Of a DNA stretch of 64,000 nucleotides, positions 12,671-24,400 are shown piece after piece. Within the stretch, counting starts at the first letter, position 1. Each line of letters starts with the position of its first letter. The notes beneath the pieces are model-generated. The model made no database searches and had not been told where the DNA came from. It was given only the letters and a program-made list of their open reading frames with translations. The position numbers were made by a program, and so were the translations under genes. The stretch is from Nemertoderma westbladi (Eukaryota > Animalia > Xenacoelomorpha): assembly GCA_032718475.1 (NCBI GenBank), contig JAUCBJ010004780.1, positions 1-64,000 of the forward strand, given 5' to 3'.

Positions 12671-13299
12671 TTATAACTATGCGAAGTTTCGAAACTGTGC
12701 GAGTAACTGTTGATACATCTATGTGGAGATGTGTGATATGTGGAGATGTGTGATACAACGCCAACGCATCTTATGCCGATGTAGTAATATGGGTATTGAA
12801 ATAATATTAAATCAATGTACACTCTTAAAGCTGCAGCGAAAAAATGTAGCTAATTTCCTAGGTTACATATAAAATAATAATATTATTTTTAAGAACATTA
12901 ATTTTACTACTTTGCAAAAATTCAATTAAAAAATAACCAGACATATACATTGTGGAATAAACTATTTCAGAAGCCTACAACAGCCATGCCATGGATTGTA
13001 TTTATGTTATTATATCTGTCATTTAACTGAGATAGCAATAGTAGTAATAGTCGAACGGTTATGCGGCCCGTCCAGCCTATAATAAACACAATTCAGTGAT
13101 TGGGCTGGAATAGCAATACTGGTTGCCTCTATTACAATTCCTCTCAGGTTAGTCTACAGCCACAACTCCCAGCAGCTAGCTCCACACCAGCAGAGACTTG
13201 ACCAATAATGGGAAGGATTAAATTTGTACTCAATAATTGTGCGGTTTAATTACGTTTAGATCAATTAAAGACACATTTATTAAAGCAAATCACTTAAAC

Positions 13300-13680
13300 T
13301 AATTAAAAACTATAATAGAATGGCGTATGGGGATTATATCTGTATAATTTTTAAGTATAATTATTTAAATCTTATACTGTAAAACAATTAATTTCCTTTA
13401 AAAGGCAGGTTGAAAATGGCGTTTTCACCGCAATCAACTTAATTAACTAATTAACTGCTATTATCTTAGCTTCTCGAAGGCCACACGGAAATTCTACTTG
13501 GAAAATTTCTAAACTTTTGCCAAACAACATGTGTACCAAGTTTGGATAGATTTCATCAAAGATTGGCCGAGTTATTAACGTTTAAAATTGAACACGACAG
13601 AACGACAGAACGACAGAACGACAGGTTGATTAATGGTACCACTACGCTAAGGCTCACTCACTTCGTGGCTCGCCCCACAA
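13300..13680 (+). mobile_element. Non-autonomous Helentron/DINE-like interspersed repeat
   Basis: Internal (ACGACAGA)n microsatellite and 3' hairpin ending GCTCGCCCCACAA; inverted homologue of 4270-4660. Confidence 0.55.
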
Positions 13681-14393
13681 GATAGTAATTTGTTGTTTAT
13701 TTGGGTGAATAGCCTAATCATTGAAACCCGGGTCCAATCTGCTTCAAATTAATATCCCAGCTGCGACATGAGTTTGATGAATACACGGTATTAATATACT
13801 CTACCCGATAAATGTTTTGTTACCATAGTTGCCATATTGTACCAATAATATGTAATATATGCCTTTCAAATATCGCCCAACCATCTGCTTTCAATCCGTT
13901 GTTATTATTATAGAAACAAAGTTCACAGTAGATATATAAGGATAATAACGAGTAGAACCATTTTATCATAGATACAAAGATTCAATAACAACTAGAGTAG
14001 GCCTGCATACTTTTCAATTTATTAATAGATATAATTATTGTAATGATGTCGCTGTCAGTCAACCCACTATTGATGCCAAAACGTTCGACAAAAGAGTCAA
14101 GTGAATTACAATCTCCCCACATACAGTACTCTATTAATAATAATTATTATTCTGGACATATAGTGACTGGAAGTGAATTAATTTGTAAGTTTGCCAGAGA
14201 CTATCCCCACCCACAATTAATCTTGCACTGGTTACACCTGCCCCGAATTGGATCATTATGATATTGGATATAATATATGTTTGCTGTTAATCGATTTCGG
14301 GCCACTTTAGAAATTCAACATTAAAGTAATTTTGAGTACCATTTTAATTATTTAGTTATCTCCAAATGTTGCGTCTGTATCTATAACTCTACA

Positions 14394-16898
14394 ATGGAAA
14401 GTCACGAAATTTTTAAACCTACTTATGGATGGCGAAAATTCCGACCGTCGTTCCTCCAAGCACTCAACTCAAATCGATGTCTTTTGTTCTTCAGTATCAT
14501 TGCTGGCGGGTTTCTCAAGACGTTTCAGTATGCCCTTACCTATGGGAACTTCTCAAACATAGAACGAAGGTTCGCTTTAACTGGCGTTCAAGTTGGAACA
14601 TTGGCTGGAGTATACTATATTTCTGCGGCTTTAGTAACTGTACCATTAAATTATGTTACTCCATACCTAAACCGCCCTAAAGTTTCAGCTATTATAATTG
14701 CTATCAGTTCTTTTGGTTGTTTCATTTGTTACATTCCTAATTTCGCTTCATTATTGTATAGTAAGGTGTTTAACAATAAACCCGAAATTCCAGCAACAAC
14801 GACTCCAAAATACGTAGACTTGTCTCAAAATAATGATTACATCCCAACTTCTACACCGCATCCCGAAGTTGTTAGTAAATCCTACCATGTGGAATTCGGT
14901 TTTATGGTTTTCGGGCAAATGATTGTCAGTCTAGGAACAGCGATCGCCTACCCTCTGATCTACTCCTATCTACATGATCGTGGTTCAGATAGATCGCTTT
15001 CCTTAAATAGGGGAGTTTTTATGGGAGGTAGTCATTTTGTTTTGGTATTTTTGTTTGTTATCGTGGCTGCGTTTCTCTCTGTTGATGGAGATTTGAATTC
15101 GACTGTGTCGGATCCCTTGGACCCCAGGTGGATCGGGGCCTGGTGGGGTAGCTACATACTGTTTAGTTTGTTAATCGTTCCGATTGCGTTTCTTATTTCG
15201 GGGTATCCAAAACAGGATCAACCAGCTGACCAACCATCAACACCTGCTGGCGGGACAAATTCTACTACAGAGGATGTTACACTCAATTTTTTAAAAGTTC
15301 TCAAAACTCCTGTTGGAGATAGGCCTACACCTGAAATCGCAAGAGAGGGTAAGCTATCAAATGGCGATAAATTTCACATAACCGCAGACATGAGTAGGCC
15401 AACACCTTTTCATGTTATCCCTCCCGAATGCAATTCAAATGCTGGCGAACAGAATAAAAGACGACATTTTATCGTTCCACCCAATACCATTGACATGTCA
15501 GCTGTAGCAGATGGGTATATTGTACCTCAAATCTGGACAAATGTAACCCTCGAAAGGGAAAGTAGTATTATTGAAAGTGAATTTAGCAACGATTATATTG
15601 AAATGAAACCCATACAAATTGATGATGAGTATATGTTAATGACCAGTCCCGAACTTCCAGTTGAAATGTCTGATGAAAAGAAGTCTAGTTTCAAAACAAT
15701 GATCAGGAAATCCCGACAATCAATTATTCAAAAACAGCGATCATTTAAACTTAAAACAATTCCCAAACAAAAACTTCGCTTGAAAAACATTGCTGTTGAA
15801 ATCTCTCAGGACTTAAAAGTTTTGCTTAAATCAAATAAACGATTTTGGTTGTTAATTATCTGTCACACTGCCGAATGTTGGATATTGTCGAGTATTTTCC
15901 CGTTTGCAGTGAAATATTACGAACAAATGTTCGGTGTGACAAGTACAAGTGGAGCACTAATACTGGGATTAATCGTTCTGCTATTCGGAAGTTTTGGAAC
16001 GATTGGCAGCGGTTATTTTATCAAAAAACGGGAATTAGAAACAACCTTGGGTGTTTTGAAAGTTTTGGGTGTTGTGATAGGCCTACAGATTCCTTTGGCC
16101 ACAATGTTCCTTGTGTGGTGTCACGGAACACCTTACCCTGGAGTCAACACCCCCTACCCATTTGGGGATACCAACAATGAATTAAATGTCAGCCTAAATG
16201 CATTCTGTAATTATGAATTAAATTGTGAAACCAAGTATTACTCTCCCATTTGCATAAAAGGCTATAATATATACTCACAATGCTTCGCCGGGTGTAAAGC
16301 AGACGCCTTTCCATGTTTTTGTTTTACACGTCATGATGATATGAATGCGACAATGATTAGATCGGGGGTTTGTACAAAGCATTGTTATCTACTTGGCTTC
16401 CATTTGACTCTGCTGGCGGTATTTTCCTTTCTTTATCTGTCGGCTGAAGGTCTTACAATGGACTTATGTCACAAATCACCAGTCCGATCTAATAAAGTGT
16501 TAGCCGGGTCTCTGTTGATGGCTGTGTCGTCGCTTTTCGCTCGCGTCCCTGCCCCTATCATAGCTGGAGCTGTTGTAGACTCACACTGTTTGTTGTGGTC
16601 GCCTTATGGCACCAACCAATCATCCAATTGTTTGGTGTATGATAATTGGGGGTTAGCTATGTCCCTATTTGGATTTGTTATCACCCCTGCGTGTGTGGCT
16701 ACTTTCTGCGTCATCGCGTTATTCCTGATATTTAAGAAACTGGAGAACCATCCTTGGATCGACATTTCGCCGGAAAGAGCAAAGAAACTGCGACTTAAAT
16801 TACATGTGGAGAGTAACTTAACTGAGACAGGAAGTGTTATATTATCAAAAAACACAATGAATTGCTCTCAACAATCGATAAACGAATATAGTGTCTAG
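14394..16898 (+). CDS. Organic anion transporting polypeptide (OATP/SLCO family), 834 aa, intronless
   Basis: IERRF, the OATP signature DPRWIGAWW, a Kazal-like Cys loop (CNYELNC..YSPIC..YSQCFAGC), PAPIIAGAVVDSHCLLW..C.VYDN, and about 12 hydrophobic segments. Confidence 0.93.
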   Translation: MESHEIFKPTYGWRKFRPSFLQALNSNRCLLFFSIIAGGFLKTFQYALTYGNFSNIERRFALTGVQVGTLAGVYYISAALVTVPLNYVTPYLNRPKVSAIIIAISSFGCFICYIPNFASLLYSKVFNNKPEIPATTTPKYVDLSQNNDYIPTSTPHPEVVSKSYHVEFGFMVFGQMIVSLGTAIAYPLIYSYLHDRGSDRSLSLNRGVFMGGSHFVLVFLFVIVAAFLSVDGDLNSTVSDPLDPRWIGAWWGSYILFSLLIVPIAFLISGYPKQDQPADQPSTPAGGTNSTTEDVTLNFLKVLKTPVGDRPTPEIAREGKLSNGDKFHITADMSRPTPFHVIPPECNSNAGEQNKRRHFIVPPNTIDMSAVADGYIVPQIWTNVTLERESSIIESEFSNDYIEMKPIQIDDEYMLMTSPELPVEMSDEKKSSFKTMIRKSRQSIIQKQRSFKLKTIPKQKLRLKNIAVEISQDLKVLLKSNKRFWLLIICHTAECWILSSIFPFAVKYYEQMFGVTSTSGALILGLIVLLFGSFGTIGSGYFIKKRELETTLGVLKVLGVVIGLQIPLATMFLVWCHGTPYPGVNTPYPFGDTNNELNVSLNAFCNYELNCETKYYSPICIKGYNIYSQCFAGCKADAFPCFCFTRHDDMNATMIRSGVCTKHCYLLGFHLTLLAVFSFLYLSAEGLTMDLCHKSPVRSNKVLAGSLLMAVSSLFARVPAPIIAGAVVDSHCLLWSPYGTNQSSNCLVYDNWGLAMSLFGFVITPACVATFCVIALFLIFKKLENHPWIDISPERAKKLRLKLHVESNLTETGSVILSKNTMNCSQQSINEYSV

Positions 16899-17650
16899 TA
16901 ATTAGGTTATTAATAAATTAAATTTTGGTCTATTTTGTAAATAATGGTTTTCTAATGTAGTTGATACAGCTGTTATATAATTATTATAAAAATCACGTTG
17001 CCTAGCATTGACTTTCAATTTCAATAGTCGCTTTGTAAACTTCAGTCATTCAGTTTCAAACATTTTGATAGTTATTGAGATTTGAATGTGTAATATATAT
17101 TTTTTTACTGGTCGAAGTTTCCATCTCCCTGATGTTCTATTTGCGGACCTACAGTAATGGGGGGCGACCAAGGTTTCTTCGGTTTTACACTGACGTATTA
17201 TTTATTAATTAATAAGTAACTAGAACTGCTGACGTCACTGTAGTCCACATAACAGAAACATCAACAAAACATATTACAACAATGTCCATGTTAACTTTTA
17301 GTTAGTTTATAAACAATACTATCTCTATAGGCTGCTTCAGGTGTACCAGTTTGGGTTTGAGGTTAATTTTGTTAGTGATAAAAAGCATTGGATATCCTTA
17401 ACCATAAGTAATCCTGCCATGTAACCCTAATCCAGCGGAATTTCAGACATAATTGACATAGACACGAAAAAGGTCGTGAATAACCAACCTGCCAACTAAC
17501 CCGAACCAAAATAAGAAACCAATTACCCAACTTACATGGCAACAGATATAACCAATAACGGTTATCCCACAAACACTTACCACCAATTATAACAGGTACG
17601 CCCCAAACAGAAAAAGAGACACTTATATGCGAGTGGGTTATATAAAGTAT

Positions 17651-18304
17651 TTATAGCTTCATCAAACCCATCACCGATTCAAAGGTTATCTTCTCTACGA
17701 TGTTTTTTGTTTTTATACTGTCGTCATGGTTACAGACTAGCACGTGCCGGTCTGAGTCTGTCCAGCGGTACCGGTCTATCCAGTATCCCAGATTGGCGAC
17801 CCCCTGGGCGGTGTCCACCGGTGTGTTTAGTAACTCACTGAGGGTCACCTTGTCTATGGTCTGGTAAGTTATACTGATTACTCGACAAATAAACCGCCGT
17901 ATAGAATCCTCGAACCCGACGATATCAGCAACTAACTCGGCGCAATCCCGGAGACTCAACCAGAAACCGATGAAGTTACAAGTCTCTAAATCGTCGTGGA
18001 GTTTAAGTATCCTAGCAACCACGGGGTGGTGCTGCGTAGCCTCGTCTATGAGACACTTACATAGCGTAAAGTCTGACGCAGGGAGGGCGGTGAGCGCTTT
18101 CAGTAGTATCTTCCGTAGCGTATCGGGTTTACTTATTCCGTTGAACTGTAAGAGTTTGAGTAGCGCGAGGTTCGCTTCCACATCGTAGGCCGCCGGTTCC
18201 CGGGCCTGGAAGTCTACGTAGCTAACTAGCGGTTCGATGTTATCCGGGTTGTATCGTTCGATACCCACTAGCTGTTTCGCTATCTGTTTCTTTTTGGATT
18301 CCAT
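17651..18304 (-). CDS. EIF3K: Eukaryotic translation initiation factor 3 subunit K, intronless
   Basis: GIERYNPDN, YDVEANLALLKLLQFN, ILLKALT.LP.SDFTLCKCLI, GFEDSIRRFI, IKTKNIVEKITFESV. Confidence 0.97.
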   Translation of the reverse strand: MESKKKQIAKQLVGIERYNPDNIEPLVSYVDFQAREPAAYDVEANLALLKLLQFNGISKPDTLRKILLKALTALPASDFTLCKCLIDEATQHHPVVARILKLHDDLETCNFIGFWLSLRDCAELVADIVGFEDSIRRFICRVISITYQTIDKVTLSELLNTPVDTAQGVANLGYWIDRYRWTDSDRHVLVCNHDDSIKTKNIVEKITFESVMGLMKL

Positions 18305-18679
18305 TATACAGTTATAATATACTGATATAGCCTAATCTGATATTTCAGTAAACAGGTACGGTCTGATGGTAGCCTACCGTACACCTTATTTCTGTATTTG
18401 GGTTAGCCTATACTGATAGGAGTCAGCTGTCAGGGTGTAGGCAAGGACTACTGAAGCGGCTTTGGTGTAGGGTATATACAGATAATGGTAGATGTGAAAA
18501 GGAACTGGTACCAGTAGGCAGTAGCAGTAACTACATAATGTTTTTATGACAACTATAATCTGCCTGCTACATTGTAACTGCACATTGATTGAGATACTAT
18601 GCTGGCTGAGCTTAATTAACAAAAATATTTTGCCACCACCATGAAATTCACAAATTGGCAAGCCCAATGCAGCCGCATT

Positions 18680-19975
18680 AAGAATGCTATACCGGATTAT
18701 CAACCTCCACCATCGCACCTCCACCACTGACCACTCCCTATCCCCATATGACATTCGCGAGATTATCAGCATCTTCAAAGCCAGTGAGTGTCCTTTAAGA
18801 GGCGTCTCAAGAAAGTCATGGGCTGTCCACCGTCCTTATTTTCTCCATTGGTCTGCCAAAGTTCTAGATTGTGTACAGGCTGGTCCTCATGGCAAAAACA
18901 ATGTCGCTGCAAAGCGGAAACGGCTTTGTTCAAGTTTCAAGCTTGGGGGAACAAATAAGACATGTGGCTTCCAAATCCTGGAAAGCCTATTCAATGCTGC
19001 CTATGCCTTTCCCTTACGTATTCAAAGGTCGAAGGTCACTTCCGGACAGTGGCGGTTCTAGGGGGGGGGGGCAAGGGGGCATTTGCCTTTCCCCAGGTAT
19101 CTTGGGGGGGGGCTTGCCCCCCCCCCCCCCTAGCGAAAGGTAATGTGGCAAATCCGTACCTGTGGGTACAGACTTTTGCTCGAAAACAGACCTCTCTGGG
19201 AAAAGACTTCTATTTTTTTCAAAATTTAGTTACTACCCGCGGCGGTCACCATTATAAAACACTCTGATATTTTTGTAAAATTCTGGAACTTTGGGAATTC
19301 GGGAAAAAATCGGGAAATTTTTTCAAAGTATAATAATTTTTTTAAATGTTTTTTTTTGTTTATTTTTTTTCATTGGGGGCTGCGACGAACTGTAGCTTGT
19401 TTCCGAAACGTCTTCTCCACCGTGCAGTGGCGTGCAGAAGGGGGGCACCTTCTAAGGGGCGCCAAAATTTGAGCAGCAGTGGCATCATAGCCAGCTGATA
19501 GTATGATGGTAGTTCCAAGTTTAGCTTATTGATGCTAGAAATTTTGTCAAGTCCGAAAAATTGATTTCAGCAAATTAAATATTTTGCCCCCCCCCCCCCC
19601 CCCCCCCCCAAGCAAAATCCTAGAACCGCCCCTGCTTCCGGATCCAGGATCCCAGGTACCGTAACAGAAGTCGTCCACATGCTCAAGCATACCATCCTTC
19701 CTTTGAGCACAATGCTCATACGATCAGACATTTCGTGAGGACTTACAAAGTTTACTGTCACAGACCAACACGAGAAGGAGCCTGTTCTAATGAGCTGAGG
19801 AGCCGTTGGGCTTCCTCAAATGATTCTGAGAGTACTCCTAAAGATCTAAGTATACGCTAGATCATTGATGAGGTATACTTGGCTGGATTTCTTCGACAGG
19901 TGGAGTTACCATCGCCCCATCATCATTATGATGGTCTTTAAGGACATGAATTCAACAAAGGCAAACATCCAGATG
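18680..19975 (-). mobile_element. Decayed RTE LINE RT remnant, interrupted by a hAT MITE
   Basis: 19640-19950 is homologous to the RTE copy at 61500-62010. Confidence 0.6.
19047..19634. mobile_element. Non-autonomous hAT element
   Basis: TIRs CAGTGGCGGTTCTAGG / CCTAGAACCGCCCCTG; 8-bp TSD CTTCCGGA at 19039-19046 and 19635-19642. Confidence 0.9.
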
Positions 19976-20724
19976 CAGGGCCGTATTTAGGGGGGGGGGG
20001 GGGGGGGCGAAGGGGCCGAGGCCCCAGGCCTCCCACCACAGGGGGGCCCCCACCACGATCCCACAACTATAGGGAACGACCGAACTACAGAGGAGCCGAA
20101 CATTTCCAGAAAAGTATACTTCATCCGTAGTTACAACCACAAGAGACAAGCCAACGAACCACCCAAACACATCTAAGCAGGAATCCATTGTTTCTAGTGT
20201 TTTACTATATGTTTTCAGAATGTGCTAAATAAAGTAATTAATAAAATAGGAAATTTCCGGAAAATGTATAGGAAATTTACGGAAAAATGTAAAGGAAATT
20301 TCCAAACATTTTCTGACTCACATCCCTACTAATATATATTTACAACTACATTCAGGTTTCTTTGAAAGGTATTTGCAATAAATAGCTTGAAAAGTTAGGG
20401 TAATGAAAACGAGAGAAAAATGTGTCTTTCAGTAAAGTATAGTCTTTGAGATTCCTCGGCGCCCCGTATGTGCAAACCCCATACAGTACAGCCCAGAGCC
20501 CCCCCCCCCCCCCCCCCAAAGTTTTCACCAAAGATACAAGTTACAGAAGGGCTGAATCTAACCAAAAAAGTAAACGAATTAGTAGGCCTATATGTACAGG
20601 TTATAAGACAGAAATATGCGCTATAAAACACTTAATAAAGATAAATTAAAAAAAAATAAAAAAATCTTCATATATAAAATTCCAATAAAAAGTCGACCGA
20701 AAACTGAAATCCTGGTATTCTGCA

Positions 20725-21035
20725 CATGGGCGGTATGATGGGGTAAATGAGCTCCAAACACCACATTGTGGCGATCGGCTGGTGATTCTTCCTTAACCTT
20801 GGTAGTTGGTTGTCTTTTTCGCCCAATCAGAAAGTTGATTGATTTCCATGCCTGGGATGATCTCCAATCGCCTGTTGTCGTCTTTGAAGACATCAACCTC
20901 CTGGTTGATAAGCTCCTGTAGATTATCAGAGTACTGCGTTCAAGGACCCACAGTAGATATAACCTTAACTGCATTCTTGACAGCTGTAGTCCGTTTGAGT
21001 AGGGACCTTTTCTGTGCCTTAGTGAGAACTCACTA
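20725..21035 (-). mobile_element. RTE LINE remnant (linker between endonuclease and RT)
   Basis: SQAWKSINFLIGRKRQPTTKVK..SPADR resembles the RTE linker; frameshifted. Confidence 0.5.
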
Positions 21036-21445
21036 AGACTACGTCTGGTATGTAGTGCTGTACAGTAGTGTAAAAAGAAACTTCTTCTAAGACACCCATA
21101 ACTTAACAACTTAAGCAACTTTTAAGAAAGGCAATAAGACATGATTGGATAGATAGATTAACCAACCTAATGTACTGTAATTAGACTTACCACAGAGGAT
21201 TCCCCCTAAAAAGCTTTATGTAACAAGGACCCCCTTAGAATTACGTAAATAAGCTACAAAGCTTTACTGTAGTGCAATTGTGCATCTAATCCTATAATTA
21301 ATTAATTAAAATTAATTAATTTCTTGTAGACTATTTTTAATATTCTGCCCAAATCATGAATTAATTATTATTATTCCTTAAAATATAAATACAGCATGTT
21401 GATTGCCCTACATCAAATAAATATCGTCATATTTTATGTTTACAG

Positions 21446-24400
21446 GATCACACCATAAAAATAACGGACCATGGTTTCGAACCCCGAATAGTAACGGTGA
21501 GACAGGGAGACAACGTATACTGGCAATGGGAAACATCGAGTTTCCAATCGGTTCTGGAGGTGTCCCATCTAGCTAAACCAGTGCACAACGGCTTCACCAG
21601 CGGTGCACCATTCCCTGGCCCAGCCGCTTACAAGTGGCAGTTTTCTAGAACAGGAGTGTTTTACTTCGTAAGGTAAATTATCTGATCGCGTGTATGTAAT
21701 ATGTATTATCTATTATATTCTTTAAACATTTATATGAAAACGTTTGCAATATATTTATACAATTCATACAATAGTCATTTATAATGACTTGAGCAACGCG
21801 GTCAACATCCAACACTGGCTTATAAGGTTATAAGATATCAAAAAGAGAATAACCAAACATAAAACAATTAAATTATGTAGATCGACCAGTATACATACAG
21901 TATTGCAAGAAACAAAGATAAGAAATATTACATGCACTATGATATACGCACGAAAGCATAACTTACTACTCTACATTTGATAATTTTAATAATAAATAAT
22001 TAATTGTTTATATAATAATTACAAAGTTTTCTATTTAATGCTTTATTCCTTTCAGTTCTGGGTTGGCTAAGCAGTTTGGTGCGGTTGTTGTAGTGGCGAC
22101 ACCCAATGTCCACCAAGTTCACGCATCAAAAGACGCAGTAACTCCAGACCCTGTAACCATAGCTACCAACGACATAGTCTGCTGGATGTGGGAAGGATTG
22201 AAACACTTCGATGTAACTGAGGCAAGTATCAAGTCAAGAGTAGTAACCAGTAGTAACCACTGTAGGGGGGAGTAGTAACCACTGTAGGGGAGAGTAGTAA
22301 CCACAGTAGGGGAGAGTAGTAACCACAGTAGGGGGGAGTAGTAACCACTGTAGGGGAGAGTAGTAACCACTGTAGGGGAGAGTAGTAACCACTGTAGGGG
22401 AGAGTAGTAACCACTGTAGGGGAGAGTAGTAACCACTGTAGGGGAGAGTAGTAACCACTGTAGGGGAGAGTAGTAACCACTGTAGGGGAGAGTAGTAACC
22501 ACTGTAGGGGAGAGTAGTAACCACTGTAGGGGAGAGTAGTAACCACTGTAGGGGAGAGTAGTAACCACTGTAGGGGAGAGTAGTAACCACTGTAGGGGAG
22601 AGTAGTAACCACTGTAGGGGAGAGTAGTAACCACTGTAGGGGAGAGTAGTAACCACTGTAGGGGAGGGTAGTAACCACTGTAGGGGAGAGTAGTAACCAC
22701 TGTAGGGGAGAGTAGTAACCACTGTAGGGGAGAGTAGTAACCACTGTAGGGGAGAGTAGTAACCACTGTAGGGGAGAGTAGTAACCACTGTAGGGGAGAG
22801 TAGTAACCACTGTAGGGGGCAGTAGTAACCACTGTAGGGGAGAGTAGTAACCATTGTAGGGGAGAGTAGTAACCACTGTAGGGGAGAGTAGTAACCACTG
22901 CAGGGGAGAGTAGTAACCACTGTAGGGGAGAGTAGTAACCACTGTAGGGGAGAGTAGTAACCACTGTAGGGGAGAGTAGTAACCACTGTAGGGGAGAGTA
23001 GTAACCACTGTAGGGGAGAGTAGTAACCACTGTAGGGGAGAGTAGTAACCACTGTAGGGGATAGTAGTAACTACTGTAGGGGAGAGTAGTAACCACTGTA
23101 GGGGAGAGAAGTAACCACTGTAGGGGCGAGTAGTAACCACTCTAGGGGAGAGTAGTAACCACTGTAGGGGGCAGTAGTAACCACTGTAGGGGAGAGTAGT
23201 AACCATTGTAGGGGAGAGTAGTAACCACTGTAGTGGAGAGTAGTAACCACTGTAGAGGAGAGTAGTAACCACTGTAGGGGAGAGTAGTAACCACTGTAGA
23301 GGAGAGTAGTAACCACTGTAGGGGAGGGTAGTAACCACTGTAGGGGAGAGTAGTAACCACAGTAGGGGAGAGTAGTAATCACTGTAGGGGAGAGTAGTAA
23401 CCACTGTAGGGGAGAGTAGTAACCATTGTAGGGGAGAGTAGTAACCACTGTAGGGGAGAGTAGTAACCACTGCAGGGGAGAGTAGTAACCACTGTAGGGG
23501 AGAGTAGTAACCACTGTAGGGGAGAGTAGTAACCACTGTAGGGGAGAGTAGTAACCACTGTAGGGGAGAGTAGTAACCACTGTAGGGGAGAGTAGTAACC
23601 ACTGTAGGGGAGAGTAGTAACCACTGTAGGGGATAGTAGTAACTACTGTAGGGGAGAGTAGTAACCACTGTAGGGGAGAGTAGTAACCACTGTAGGGGCG
23701 AGTAGTAACCACTGTAGGGGAGAGTAGTAACCACTGTAGGGGGCAGTAGTAACCACTGTAGGGGAGAGTAGTAACCATTGTAGGGGAGAGTAGTAACCAC
23801 TGTAGTGGAGAGTAGTAACCACTGTAGAGGAGAGTAGTAACCACTGTAGGGGAGAGTAGTAACCACTGTAGAGGAGAGTAGTAACCACTGTAGGGGAGGG
23901 TAGTAACCACTGTAGGGGAGAGTAGTAACCACAGTAGGGGAGAGTAGTAATCACTGTAGGGGAGAGTAGTAACCACTGTAGGGGAGAGTAGTAACCACTA
24001 TAGGGGAGAGTAGTAACCACTGTAGGGGAGAGTAGTAACCACTGTAGAGGAGAGTAGTAACCACTGTAGGGGAGAGTAGTAACCACTGTAGGGGAGAGTA
24101 GTAACCACAGTAGGGGAGAGTAGTAATCACTGTAGGGGAGAGTAGTAACCACAGTAGGGGAGAGTAGTAACAACTGTAGGGGAGAGTAGTAACCACTGTA
24201 GGGGAAAGTAGTAACCACAGTAGGGGAGAGTAGTAACCACAGTAGGGGAGAGTAGTAACCACTGTAGGGGAGAGTAGTAACCACTGTAGGGGAGAGTAGT
24301 AACCACTGTAGGGGAGAGTAGTAACCACTGTAGGTGAGAGTAGTAACCACTGTAGGGGAGAGTAATAACCACTGTAGGGGAGAGTAGTAACCACTGTAGG

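Noticed and set aside
21196-21244. Candidate upstream exon (RIPPKKLYVTRTPLEL) of the cupredoxin gene
   Set aside because: Its donor is phase 1, whereas the exon at 21446 needs phase 0.
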